This document shows positions 47,573-57,359 of a stretch of 64,000 nt of DNA, one piece after another. Under the pieces are notes generated by a model. The model searched no databases, was not told the origin of the DNA, and saw nothing but the letters and a program-made list of their open reading frames with translations. A program made the translations under genes and the position numbers. Source of the stretch: Abditibacteriaceae bacterium (GTDB taxonomy: Bacteria > Armatimonadota > Abditibacteriia > Abditibacteriales > Abditibacteriaceae). The stretch covers positions 672,001-736,000 of the forward strand of contig OZ255721.1 in NCBI GenBank assembly GCA_965277285.1, given 5' to 3'. How positions within the stretch are numbered: the first letter of the stretch is position 1; each line of letters opens with the position of its first letter.

Positions 47573-49759
47573 TTACGGCTTCAAACTCTCGAAATAATTT
47601 TTGACGGGTTGCTTATACGCGGGCGGAACAGTGTCTTTGGCAACGGCGTCTTCGGCGTCTTTTTTGTAGCTTTCGTAAACATTGTAATAAGGCGTGCGCG
47701 CGGTGCCGCCTTTGGCTTCGGTCTTGGTCGGCAATTGTTGCATTTCTCCGCTGTCGCCCAGTTTTCCTGTAATGCGGTCGATTTGCTGGCGCGTTTTGGG
47801 CAAGCGATCCGTCCAAACGTCAGCCCAGCGACGCTTATCTCCCGTCCGCGTGCTCTTGATTTTTGAAACGCCGCCACCGCTTTGCGCGCCGCCCGCATGA
47901 GAACGCGGCCCCAGACCAGCGCCACCGCCAACCGCGCCATGCGGATCAGATGGCATCAAATCTTTTCCAGGCGTCATGCTTTTGCCGCTATCGCCTGAAT
48001 TCTCGCCTTGTCCGCCGTTTCCGCTCTGGCCTTGCTGGCCAGAATTGCCGCCGGTATTCCGCTCGGCCTGCTTAATTTTATCCAACATCTTTTGCAAGTC
48101 CTGGCTGTTGCCGCCCTGACCGTTGCCATCGCCCTGGCGCATCTGGTTCGCCATGTCGCGCAAGGCTTGCGAACCGCCGCTTTGCTGCCCATCTTGCTGA
48201 CCAGATTGGCTCTGGTTGCCGCCTTGAGTACTCGATCCGTTTTGCTGGCCTTGCTGTTGACCTTGCTGGCTGCTTTGTCCCTGTTGGCTTTGGCTGCCTT
48301 GTTGTCCGGCTTTGTTCTGGCCTTGTTTCCCTTGCTGACTTTGCTGTTGTGAACCAGATTGGCCGTTCTTCTGACCGCCTTGCTTTTGCTGACCGTTCTT
48401 CCCGTTCTGACCGGAGTTCTGACCATTCTTCTGGCTGCTTTGATTCTGACCGTTTTGCGATTGCTTGCCTTGCTGACCTTGCTTGTTCTGCTGCGCTTGT
48501 TGCTCCAGCGATTTGGCGGCGTTTTCCAGTTTTTTGGCGGCGTCTTCTTGGCCGTTTTGACGCAGGGCTTGCGCGGCTTTTTTCAAGTCGTTGGCGGCCT
48601 GCTTTTTTTCTTCCGGCGACATTTGGCCTTTGTCCATTTTGTCGGCGAGTTTATCCAATTGGTCGGCGGCTTTTTTAACGTCGCCGTTTTGCAATTGTTG
48701 CTGCATTTTCTGGCCTTCCTGACTTTGCATTTGCTGGCTTTGCAAGGCTTCGCGCAAACGCTGCACATCGCTTTTTTCCGGCTGCGGATTGCTGTCATTC
48801 TTGCCGACGGCTTTTTCCAGGTCGCGCCGCAGTTGACCGATTCCCAACAACGCTTCTTCTTTGCCCATGCGACCGCGCTGCATTTTGCGCGCGAGAGCTT
48901 CCAATTTTCCGGCCAGTTTTTTGGTCGGCGAATTGTCATCGACTTGAGGCTGCTTCAAAATCGGCTTGGCGATTTGATCGAGTTCGTCGCCCTGTTTTTT
49001 TAAGGTTGCGGCGAACTTTTGCTGTTCCGACGTGCGCAACCATTGCACGTCAGGCATCAAGGCGACAGCGAGCAACACAATCAAGGAGACGATCAGGAAC
49101 TTGCCCGTGCGGTCAAACTTCGCCGGATAAACTTTTTTCGGATCGAGTACTCGAACGCGCGCCGCCGCGTCATCCAACAGTGCGGGAACCAGACTTGTCG
49201 CAGAAGGAAGCGAAACGTAATTGGCGCTGGGAAGAGCGCGGCGCGCAAACATCGAACGCACGTTGAAACTCGCCGCCGCACCTTTTCGAGTACTCGATTT
49301 CCTGTTTCGTTGCGCATATCGTTGCTGCGCATGACGACCTTGTGCGCGCTTCCATTCTTCGGGTTGCGCGAAGGCGAGGGCGGACGACAAACGTTCGTCC
49401 AAACCCAGAACGCGGTCGGCGTCGAGCGCGGCTTCAAAAGTCCCGACGCGACGCGTCAAACCACGCATCAATCCGATGATGAACGCCAGCGCCAAAATCG
49501 CAATCGGAATCCACAAAGGCAAATCAATCAGCAACAAATGATGCGCGAACAAAAGTGGCGCGCAGATAATAGCGCCAACCGTGATTGTCAGCGCGAGTTG
49601 ATGTTGCAGAGTACGCGTGTTGCGGCGTGTCGCCAGGCGTTCCAGGCGCGTGCGCAACAGCGTCGCGGTTTCAGTCGCAGTCGCGTTTTGTGGCGGCAGT
49701 GAATCGAGTGTCGGTTCCAGTGTCGGGCGAGAAAGACCGGCGGAAGCCATAATTTGCAC
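47573..49759 (-). CDS. Membrane-anchored coiled-coil protein with Gln/Gly-rich linker (MoxR-associated)
   Basis: N-terminal TMs, LDERLSSAL, long Q/G/S/N tract, C-terminal VPPAYKQPVKNYF. Confidence 0.75.
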   Translation of the reverse strand: MQIMASAGLSRPTLEPTLDSLPPQNATATETATLLRTRLERLATRRNTRTLQHQLALTITVGAIICAPLLFAHHLLLIDLPLWIPIAILALAFIIGLMRGLTRRVGTFEAALDADRVLGLDERLSSALAFAQPEEWKRAQGRHAQQRYAQRNRKSSTRKGAAASFNVRSMFARRALPSANYVSLPSATSLVPALLDDAAARVRVLDPKKVYPAKFDRTGKFLIVSLIVLLAVALMPDVQWLRTSEQQKFAATLKKQGDELDQIAKPILKQPQVDDNSPTKKLAGKLEALARKMQRGRMGKEEALLGIGQLRRDLEKAVGKNDSNPQPEKSDVQRLREALQSQQMQSQEGQKMQQQLQNGDVKKAADQLDKLADKMDKGQMSPEEKKQAANDLKKAAQALRQNGQEDAAKKLENAAKSLEQQAQQNKQGQQGKQSQNGQNQSSQKNGQNSGQNGKNGQQKQGGQKNGQSGSQQQSQQGKQGQNKAGQQGSQSQQGQSSQQGQQQGQQNGSSTQGGNQSQSGQQDGQQSGGSQALRDMANQMRQGDGNGQGGNSQDLQKMLDKIKQAERNTGGNSGQQGQSGNGGQGENSGDSGKSMTPGKDLMPSDPHGAVGGGAGLGPRSHAGGAQSGGGVSKIKSTRTGDKRRWADVWTDRLPKTRQQIDRITGKLGDSGEMQQLPTKTEAKGGTARTPYYNVYESYKKDAEDAVAKDTVPPAYKQPVKNYFESLKP

Positions 49760-50199
49760 CTGCGAATTGCGTTCAGAGAAAGTTCGGTTGAGGCCTACAA
49801 AAAAACAGAAGAAACGAAAGGAGCGGCTGGGAAGAAGTGGAGCGAATAAAATTCAGGTGCGATGAAGCTGCCAGGGAAACAGCGCCGAAAGAACCGCGTG
49901 AGCATGTCCTATTTTATCACTTTTGCACCTGACCTTCAAACGCCGCAAATTGTTCCTCTAACGGCTTTCGAGTACTCGATTCCGCTCCCGTCTTACACGC
50001 CGATTGCTACACTTTGAACACCGTTTCTCAAATAGAAATCTGCGATGTTTGTTGATAATGGAACACGGAGGCTGCACCTTCACAGATAGCGGCACGGATG
50101 AACACGAATTTTATTCGACTCAATTTCGTTCCATGTTGATCCGTGCGGCGTAACGCTGTGTTCTTTTACAAAGGCTCCAAGACCAAAGATCCAAAATCA

Positions 50200-50988
50200 A
50201 TGCTCCGTTATTTTTCGCTTTATCGCGCGTTTGCAGTCAACAACTTGTCGCGCACGATGGAATTTCGCGCGCAGTTTTTCGCGGGAATCCTCGGCTACAT
50301 GATTTGGAGCGGCGTTTCGCTCTTGTTCATCAACGTCGTCTTTGGCAAAGTCGGCGCGGTGCGTGGTTGGACGCGCGACGAAATGTGGGTTCTCTACGGC
50401 ACTTACATCGTTCTCGAAGCGGTTTGCTACGGCTTGCTCGGCCCCAATATGTGGCGTTTTTCGGGTCTGGTGCGCGACGGCGGTTTGGACTTGGCGCTCA
50501 CCAAACCCGTTAACGTGCAGTTTTTTGTTTCGACGCGCTATCTGGATTTGAACGGCATTTTGAACGCACTTCCAGGAATTGCGCTGTTGTTGTTCGGTTT
50601 AAGTCGTCTGGGACATTGGCCGAACGCGCTCGAATGGATTCTGTGGTTTGTTCTGCTTGGTTGCGGCTTGCTCATCGGCTACTGCGTCTGGTTCGCCATT
50701 GTAACGCTCTCGATCTGGTTCGTGAAATTGGAAAGCGGCGCTGTCGCGTTCGATCCGGTGATGCAAATGGCGCGCTTTCCTGTCGAGATTTATCCCGCCA
50801 GAGCGCGCAGTTTCCTGACTTTCGCGGTTCCCGTCGCATTTATGACAACGTTTCCCGCTGAGGCTTTGCTGGGCAAAAGCGACGTTCGAGTACTCGTTAT
50901 GGCTGTGGCGTTCGCGGCGTTCTCGTTGTGCTTGTCGCGCGCTTGGTTTCGTTTCGCCTTGCGCTTTTACGGCAGCGCCAGTTCGTGA
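50200..50988 (+). CDS. ABC-2 type permease (DUF990-like)
   Basis: MEFRAQF, GWTRDE, VRDGGLDLALTKPV, ARFPVEIYP, FYGSASS. Confidence 0.85.
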   Translation: MLRYFSLYRAFAVNNLSRTMEFRAQFFAGILGYMIWSGVSLLFINVVFGKVGAVRGWTRDEMWVLYGTYIVLEAVCYGLLGPNMWRFSGLVRDGGLDLALTKPVNVQFFVSTRYLDLNGILNALPGIALLLFGLSRLGHWPNALEWILWFVLLGCGLLIGYCVWFAIVTLSIWFVKLESGAVAFDPVMQMARFPVEIYPARARSFLTFAVPVAFMTTFPAEALLGKSDVRVLVMAVAFAAFSLCLSRAWFRFALRFYGSASS

Positions 50989-51004
50989 GTTGTGTTTCGC
51001 CATC

Positions 51005-51229
51005 TCAGCCGTTGAATGACGAAAGGCTGCTCAAACCTAATTTCTTGACAGCCTTTTCCAATTCTTCTTTCTCCTCTCTTTTGAAGATGATTGATTGCGC
51101 GCCTTGAACGGCCACAAAACGCCCTGCGTGCATGACGCCAAGTTCGCCTGTGCGCGACCTGACGGTTAGCGACGACAAGGCCACTTTCAAAATGGCGGCT
51201 TCACTTTCTGTCAGTTTTATGTCCGGCAT
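51005..51229 (-). CDS. Small hypothetical protein
   Basis: 74-aa ORF with AAGGAG RBS. Confidence 0.55.
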   Translation of the reverse strand: MPDIKLTESEAAILKVALSSLTVRSRTGELGVMHAGRFVAVQGAQSIIFKREEKEELEKAVKKLGLSSLSSFNG

Positions 51230-51308
51230 TTTTACTCCTTGACGTAATCCGGAAGCGATAGCGAATTCGCCAATAACTGGGCGGCTTTTCAAATACTCGA
51301 TTACGTTT

Positions 51309-54092
51309 TCAACTTGCGCGGCGCAGGCGTTTGCGCAGTTTTTCGAGTTCGGTTTTGATTTCGTCGTCGCCCAATTTTTGCTGGCGCGTGCTGCCGTCGG
51401 CTTTGGCTTTAATGCGGCGCGTGACGTAAAACGCGTCTTCGGCGCGGCCTGCCCACGTCGTGACTTTGGCCGAATGAATGTCCCATTTCATCGCGGCCAG
51501 AGTGCGCGTGATATGAAACATCAGGCCGGGCACGTTGTCGTTCACCATCGTCAAAACCGAATGTTCGTCACTCAAATCGTTGCGGACAGAAATTTTCATT
51601 GGCGAAATGCCAGTCGGATTATTTTTGCCGGTCGCTTCCAAAATTTCTTCGACGCTTTTGCGGTCGAGCAGAACTTGGCGCAGGCTGGCCGCCAAACGCG
51701 CGCTTTGCGACGAGTTCAAAGGCCGTCCGCCGCGACTGACATGAAGACGATCCAAAACAATGTCGCGCACAACGCTTGGCGACGTGTCATTTCCCAATCG
51801 AGTACTCGATTCGCCGGCAGTTGCCGTCTTTGTTTCCTGAGAACTGCCGTCTACGTCCTGCCGGCTGGACTCGCCGCGCCAATCGCCGATAGTAAAAACC
51901 TGTGCCATGCGAATGTCGTTGCCCAGCGCGTACACCACGCCGCAAATTTTCGCTAAAAGTCCGGGTTCCGGGTCGTCGTAAGCAATGACCGTCATTTCTG
52001 TGAAGGCGTCGCGCGCGTGGTTGTAAAAATCGACGATCAATTTTTCCTCGGGCAATTGATCCAGAAAACGCAAATGTGTCGCAATCGTTGGCAAAGGCGT
52101 GTTCAAAACATAAGACGCGGGCAGATTTTCGCAGAGTTTTTGCAGCGTTTCGTCGTCCATTTCCAGATGTCGCATTTCGCGCCGCAAGCGTTGGCGTTCG
52201 CGCTGAATCATTTCTTCGCGCGCCTCGGAATCGGTCAAAACTTGCGAGGCTTCCTCACGCGTCATCGCCATCAAAACGCGTTCGTACAATTCGCGCATCG
52301 ACGCCAATTCCGAAGACGAATAAGCGCGTTCGCTGACGGCGCGCGTATCGGCCAGCGACAGCAAATACAACATCTTCAAGTTGGACACATCGCCAACGTT
52401 TTCGATCATGTCGCGGATCGTCCCGTGCGCGGAAAGTTCGCGCAAACGCGCCACGCGTGGAATCAATAAATGTCGTCGCACCAAAAGTTGCAGGCGCACG
52501 ATACGCTCTTCGCGCAGTTCCAGGCGGCTACCGATATGGCGCACCATGCGCTCGCCGCTGATGGCGTGATCGCCGTCCGGTTCGACTTTGCCAACATCGT
52601 GCAGAAGGGTTCCGAGTACTAAAAGTTCGACATCATCAACGCCATCCCAAACGGCGTACAAAAATTCGTCGGTGCTGCGCGCTTTCCACAGTTCGCCCAG
52701 TTGTCGCACGGCGTTGATCGAATGTTCGCCGACTGTCAGTTCGTGCATCGGGTCGGCGGGCGCCAAATGCAGCATTTGGTCGAATTCGGGGATGAACTTT
52801 TGCAACAAGCCGCGACCTCGCAATTGCGTCAGCGCGTCCGCGGCGCTTTCAACGTCCGACAGCAGCGACAAAAACGAGGCGCGCATAATCGGGTTGCGGC
52901 GCACCGTCGAGTTGATTTGCGGCAAGGCTTCTTCGATTTGCAAATCGAGGGCGGGCGAAGACGGAAAGTGATATTTATGAGAAAGCGCGAACGGCGTCAT
53001 CAAAAGTTCGGGATGGTTGCGCAACACAAAAGGATGCGCCGCTTCCAACCTTTGTCCGACCGCCACAAAATGATCGTCTAAGCGCAGCGGCCCTTCGATC
53101 AAGCGCCGCATTACTTTTTCGGAAAAACGCAGCGCATCTTCCGCATGATGATAATAATCTTGCAGCAGTTCCTGCGAGGCGCGCGCTCCCGCTCCGCTAT
53201 AACCCCAATCACGGGCGCAGCGATCTTGCCATTGAATCAGCAGAACATCGGTTTTGCGCCCCGTTCTCAAATGCAGCCATACGCGCAACTTGAGAAAAAA
53301 CTCGTTGGAGGCTTGCGCGCGTGCCACGTCATCGCGCGTGATCAAGCCGCGCCATTCCAAATCGCGCAGCGGTTCTTCGCTCGAATGCAAGGCGCCAGCC
53401 GACCATAACGCCGTATGCAATTCGCGTAAAGCGCCGGTACCTTCTTTCAAGTTCGGCTCGACCGAATACAGCGACAGCGATAGTCGATTGGAAACCTGGC
53501 GGCGCGCTTCGACTTGCGAGAGCAGAAAATCGACGGCATCCCAGTTGTAATGCAATTCTTCGCGCATACGGCGGCGCAAACGTGTGCTGCCCGCGACCAG
53601 ACGCGCTTCCAGCAAGGCGGCTTTAGCCGTGTGATCCAATCGAACGCAATCGGAAATAGGGCGATACGCGTAGCCGACATCCAGACGCGCGCCGTCAATC
53701 AGGACTTCGACCAACAAGCGAAAGGCTTCTTTGACGACGGCATCGAGCAGAGGATTTTCTTCTTCGCCGGGCACAAACGCGATGTCGATGTCGGAGTGCG
53801 GACAAAGTTCGCGCCGCCCATAACCGCCAATCGCCAAAATCGCCATTTCCGCGCCGTGCGTTTCGCCTTCGTGTGCCTCGTCTTCGGCGCTTTCGGGCAA
53901 GCCCGCTGGCAAGCCAGACGCAGCGCGCGCCAAATGCCACGCCGTATGATAAATGCGGCGCAACGTTTCATCGACTAAAGCCGTGTAATCGTGCAACCAT
54001 TCGATGCCAGGCTGCGACGAAGGCGAGCGATTGAGCAGTTCGTCGCGTCCGGCTAAAAAAAAATCGCGTAACTCGGGAGCGGAATAAATCAC
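51309..54092 (-). CDS. glnD: [Protein-PII] uridylyltransferase
   Basis: AIGGYGRRELCPHSDIDI, EPNLKEG.GALR, HD domain (TVGEHS, LLHDVGK), two ACT domains. Confidence 0.9.
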   Translation of the reverse strand: MIYSAPELRDFFLAGRDELLNRSPSSQPGIEWLHDYTALVDETLRRIYHTAWHLARAASGLPAGLPESAEDEAHEGETHGAEMAILAIGGYGRRELCPHSDIDIAFVPGEEENPLLDAVVKEAFRLLVEVLIDGARLDVGYAYRPISDCVRLDHTAKAALLEARLVAGSTRLRRRMREELHYNWDAVDFLLSQVEARRQVSNRLSLSLYSVEPNLKEGTGALRELHTALWSAGALHSSEEPLRDLEWRGLITRDDVARAQASNEFFLKLRVWLHLRTGRKTDVLLIQWQDRCARDWGYSGAGARASQELLQDYYHHAEDALRFSEKVMRRLIEGPLRLDDHFVAVGQRLEAAHPFVLRNHPELLMTPFALSHKYHFPSSPALDLQIEEALPQINSTVRRNPIMRASFLSLLSDVESAADALTQLRGRGLLQKFIPEFDQMLHLAPADPMHELTVGEHSINAVRQLGELWKARSTDEFLYAVWDGVDDVELLVLGTLLHDVGKVEPDGDHAISGERMVRHIGSRLELREERIVRLQLLVRRHLLIPRVARLRELSAHGTIRDMIENVGDVSNLKMLYLLSLADTRAVSERAYSSSELASMRELYERVLMAMTREEASQVLTDSEAREEMIQRERQRLRREMRHLEMDDETLQKLCENLPASYVLNTPLPTIATHLRFLDQLPEEKLIVDFYNHARDAFTEMTVIAYDDPEPGLLAKICGVVYALGNDIRMAQVFTIGDWRGESSRQDVDGSSQETKTATAGESSTRLGNDTSPSVVRDIVLDRLHVSRGGRPLNSSQSARLAASLRQVLLDRKSVEEILEATGKNNPTGISPMKISVRNDLSDEHSVLTMVNDNVPGLMFHITRTLAAMKWDIHSAKVTTWAGRAEDAFYVTRRIKAKADGSTRQQKLGDDEIKTELEKLRKRLRRAS

Positions 54093-54125
54093 GTTGGAAT
54101 GCCTGTAGAAAGAAATGGTACGAAA

Positions 54126-54155
54126 TGTAGGGGCGCAGCACGTTGCGCCCCTACA
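54126..54155. repeat. GTAG-type REP single hairpin
   Basis: TGTAGGGGCGCAGCACGTTGCGCCCCTACA. Confidence 0.7.
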
Positions 54156-54194
54156 AGGTTACACAAATATGGCCTATCGAGTACTCGATTGCTT

Positions 54195-54701
54195 TTAAGC
54201 CGCCAATTCTCTGGCTTTATCCAACACTTCTTCGTAGTTCGGTTCCTGCGAAATCTCGGGCACCAATTGCGAATAAGCGATTTTGCCGTCTTTGTCCACG
54301 ATGAAAACGGCGCGCGCCGCGATGCCCAGATTTTCGAGATAGACGCCATAAGCGCGTGCGAAGGTGGCGCCTTTGAAATCGGACAGCAATTTCATTTTCT
54401 CGACACCTTCGGCTCCGCACCAGCGTTTTTGCGCGAACGGCGTGTCGATGCTGACGGTGTAGCCGACGACGTTTTCCGGCAAAGCATCCAGTTCGCGGTT
54501 GAAGCGTGCGGTTTCAATCGAGCAAACGCTGGTGTCAATGCTGGGCACCACGGAAATGATGCGCACTTTGCCATCGGAATCGTGCAGCGAAACGGCGCTC
54601 ATGTCGTTGGCGACAAGCGTGAAATCGGGCGCGGGCGTGCCAGTCTGCGGCAATTCGCCGCTCAAGGTGTGCGCCGTGCCGCGCATTGTGACAGAAGCCA
54701 T
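54195..54701 (-). CDS. tpx: Thiol peroxidase
   Basis: APDFTLV, VPSIDTSVC, DTPFAQKRWC, ARAVF, EPNY. Confidence 0.93.
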   Translation of the reverse strand: MASVTMRGTAHTLSGELPQTGTPAPDFTLVANDMSAVSLHDSDGKVRIISVVPSIDTSVCSIETARFNRELDALPENVVGYTVSIDTPFAQKRWCGAEGVEKMKLLSDFKGATFARAYGVYLENLGIAARAVFIVDKDGKIAYSQLVPEISQEPNYEEVLDKARELAA

Positions 54702-54908
54702 CGGGGTTTCTCCTGAAAGTTGGGGATTGGAAGCGGTCGAAAACGGATTGACCTGCGCGCAGTTTGTCACACGCTTTCGTGCCTCACAAGGCGAACTGAG
54801 GACGAACAAAGGCGATTCGAGTACTCGAAAGCCTCGTGGCAGCTTTCTCGCGGCGCCTTGTTAAACTGCGCGCATTGAAGCCGCATATCAAGGAAACGAG
54901 GAAAACGT

Positions 54909-55502
54909 ATGACACCGAAAAGTTTCGCAATTGTCGCGTGCCGCTTACTGGCGATCTGGTTTTTCGTGGATGCGGTGCATGATTTTGTAAGAGCTGCATA
55001 CACAACTTACACATATGTGAATTCTTCATCTGGCGCAAAGACTTTTGCGGCTTCTTGGTACGCGTCGTCGGTTGTTTATAGCGTTGCCTTGCCGCTCATT
55101 AACTTATGCGCTTGTTGTGTATTGTGGATTGGCGCTTCCACCTTAGCCAAGATGATGCTGGGTGCGGAGATTCACACTTCCAATGAAAGTCGATTCGAGA
55201 TGAGAAATTGGCAATCTGTGGGTTTGTCGCTCATCGGTGCGTTTGTCGCTCTTCAAGGAATCAGCGCTTTAACGAGCTATTTGGTGCTTAGGATGTCTTA
55301 TTCTACTGCAGCCTGGAATGCCATATATAGTAAAGACTTGTTCACTGGGCGTCAAATTGCGACAGCCGCCGTACAAACCATTCTCGGTCTCATTTTGCTT
55401 TTTCGAGCGCAAAAGACGATTCGAGTACTCGAATATCTGCAACGCGGCGGGCGCGATGAAACATCGGACGGCACGGTTTTGAATGACGACGTTGCATCAT
55501 AA
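54909..55502 (+). CDS. Hypothetical membrane protein
   Basis: About 4 TM segments. Confidence 0.65.
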   Translation: MTPKSFAIVACRLLAIWFFVDAVHDFVRAAYTTYTYVNSSSGAKTFAASWYASSVVYSVALPLINLCACCVLWIGASTLAKMMLGAEIHTSNESRFEMRNWQSVGLSLIGAFVALQGISALTSYLVLRMSYSTAAWNAIYSKDLFTGRQIATAAVQTILGLILLFRAQKTIRVLEYLQRGGRDETSDGTVLNDDVAS

Positions 55503-55652
55503 ATCATTGCTTCGTCAAAGTTCGGTTTTGAAACGGAAACCGCCTCATTCGCTTATACTGAAACGTCGCGCCGTCTTGTGAAATCGCCGCTTTGTTTTGG
55601 TGGATACGGCGCTGTTAAAATTCTAAATCGAGTACTCGAATCAAGGAAAATT

Positions 55653-56435
55653 ATGCATATTGGATTGGCTGGATGGAGCATTCATCGTCGTTTTCGTCGC
55701 AAAGATAACCCGCTGCAATTGCTCGATTTCCCACGCTTGGCGCGCCATGAATGGGGCTTTGGCGCGGTCGAACTGAACAACGTTTTTATGGCGTCGCACG
55801 ACGACGATTACGTCGACCGATTGAAGCGCAACGCCGAAGAATGCGGTGTCGCGTTGTGGGGCATGGCGGTTGATGGCGCAGGAAGTTTATGCGGCGAAAA
55901 CGAAGATGAGCGCCGCGCCAGTATCGCCAAATGCGCCGAATATCTGCCGATTGGAAAGCGTTTAGGTCTGACCTATATGCGCTTCAACACGGGCGGCGAC
56001 GACAACCCGAGCGAAGCGCAAATTGAGCGTTGCGCCGATTCGTTTGCGCAACTGGCGAAAATGGGCGAAGAGCAGGGCATTATGATTTGCATCGAAAATC
56101 ATGGCGGTCTGTCGAAAACGCCCGATCCGATGGTCGCCGTGATGAAGCGCGTCAATTCGTCATATTGCCGCACGCTGCCCGATTTTGGCAACTTTGCGCC
56201 CGAAATTCGCTACGAAGCGCTGGAAAAAGTCGTGCCTTTCGCCGTCGCCTGTCACGCCAAGTTTTTCGAGTTCGATGAACACGGCAACGATACGCAAATC
56301 GACGCCGGGCGCATCAGAAATATTTTCAAGGCCGCCAGCTTCGATGGCCGCCTGGCGCTGGAGTTTGAAGGCCAAATGGACGACGGCGAAGGCGTGCGCC
56401 TCTCGAAAGCCTTGCTCGAACGCACTTTTGTGTGA
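55653..56435 (+). CDS. Sugar phosphate isomerase/epimerase (xylose-isomerase-like TIM barrel)
   Basis: IENHGG, LPDFGNF, CHAK, LEFEG. Confidence 0.85.
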   Translation: MHIGLAGWSIHRRFRRKDNPLQLLDFPRLARHEWGFGAVELNNVFMASHDDDYVDRLKRNAEECGVALWGMAVDGAGSLCGENEDERRASIAKCAEYLPIGKRLGLTYMRFNTGGDDNPSEAQIERCADSFAQLAKMGEEQGIMICIENHGGLSKTPDPMVAVMKRVNSSYCRTLPDFGNFAPEIRYEALEKVVPFAVACHAKFFEFDEHGNDTQIDAGRIRNIFKAASFDGRLALEFEGQMDDGEGVRLSKALLERTFV

Positions 56436-56489
56436 GCGTGCATTTGCACTTTAGAAGCTATTTGAAAAGTAGAAAAACGCTGGGAAGTG

Positions 56490-56579
56490 GTAGTGTGTCA
56501 TTCTGAGCGAAGCGAAGAATCCCCAGAGGTTCAGCATAGAGTCAGGGGATTCTTCGCTTCGCTCAGAATGACACACTAC
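56490..56579. repeat. REP-like doublet, GTCATTCTGAG family
   Basis: Perfect 35-bp arms GTAGTGTGTCATTCTGAGCGAAGCGAAGAATCCCC. Confidence 0.8.
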
Positions 56580-56678
56580 GGGTTTGTCATCTCTTTTTTT
56601 TACAGCCTCTTAGAATGACACATTGCAGCTTTGAAATCCTGACGTTTGGCTGCCGACCCATTGTACGAAGGAGTTTTT

Positions 56679-57359
56679 ATGCGCAATTTCTGGACGTTTC
56701 CGCTTGCTGGCGCAAGTCTCATCGCGTTGTGCGTAGTGGCGAGTTTTTCATCGCCGCCAGCAGCTTCGCATGAAGAAATAGCTGACACTTCGAGTACTCG
56801 AAATGCGTCGAAAGACAAGGAAAGCGCGAGAGATTTATGGCTTGACGAGCTATATCGTGAATCGGACGCCGCGTTTCACAAAGGCAATTTCCCGCTGGCG
56901 ATTGAAAAGTTCAAGGCGATTGTCGTGCTCGACCCGGACGACGTCGAGGCGTTTTCGACCGGCGCCTGGCTGATGTGGAGCATTGGCAACGGCGACGAAG
57001 CGACGGCGTTCATGCGTCGCGGCGTGCAACTCAGCCCGCAAGATGGCGCTATGTGGGAAGCCGCCGCCGATCATTTTGACGAGCGCAAAGTGCTCCCGCA
57101 GGAAGTTCTCAGCGATTACCAGAAAGCATTGCAATTGGCGCCCAAAGAAAAAGACACGCGCTTGTTGCGGCATCGCGTGGCCATCGCGGCACAGATCACG
57201 GGCGACTTGAATCTGGCGCAACAAGTTTGGACGAATGTCCTGAAAGATTATCCCAATGACACGGTGGCCGCCGACAAGCTGCAACAATTGAAAGACGGTC
57301 ATCCTCTTCCGGCGCCGCGCGTTCAAACAACTTCAAAAACTTCGACTTCCACGACATGA
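56679..57359 (+). CDS. Secreted TPR-repeat protein
   Basis: Signal peptide; TPR-like helices (FHKGNFPLAIEKF, YQKALQLAP). Confidence 0.75.
   Translation: MRNFWTFPLAGASLIALCVVASFSSPPAASHEEIADTSSTRNASKDKESARDLWLDELYRESDAAFHKGNFPLAIEKFKAIVVLDPDDVEAFSTGAWLMWSIGNGDEATAFMRRGVQLSPQDGAMWEAAADHFDERKVLPQEVLSDYQKALQLAPKEKDTRLLRHRVAIAAQITGDLNLAQQVWTNVLKDYPNDTVAADKLQQLKDGHPLPAPRVQTTSKTSTSTT

Noticed and set aside
48000..48520. Q/G-rich tract as a DNA tandem repeat or mobile element
   Set aside because: Codons vary; it is protein-level low complexity within a MoxR-associated protein
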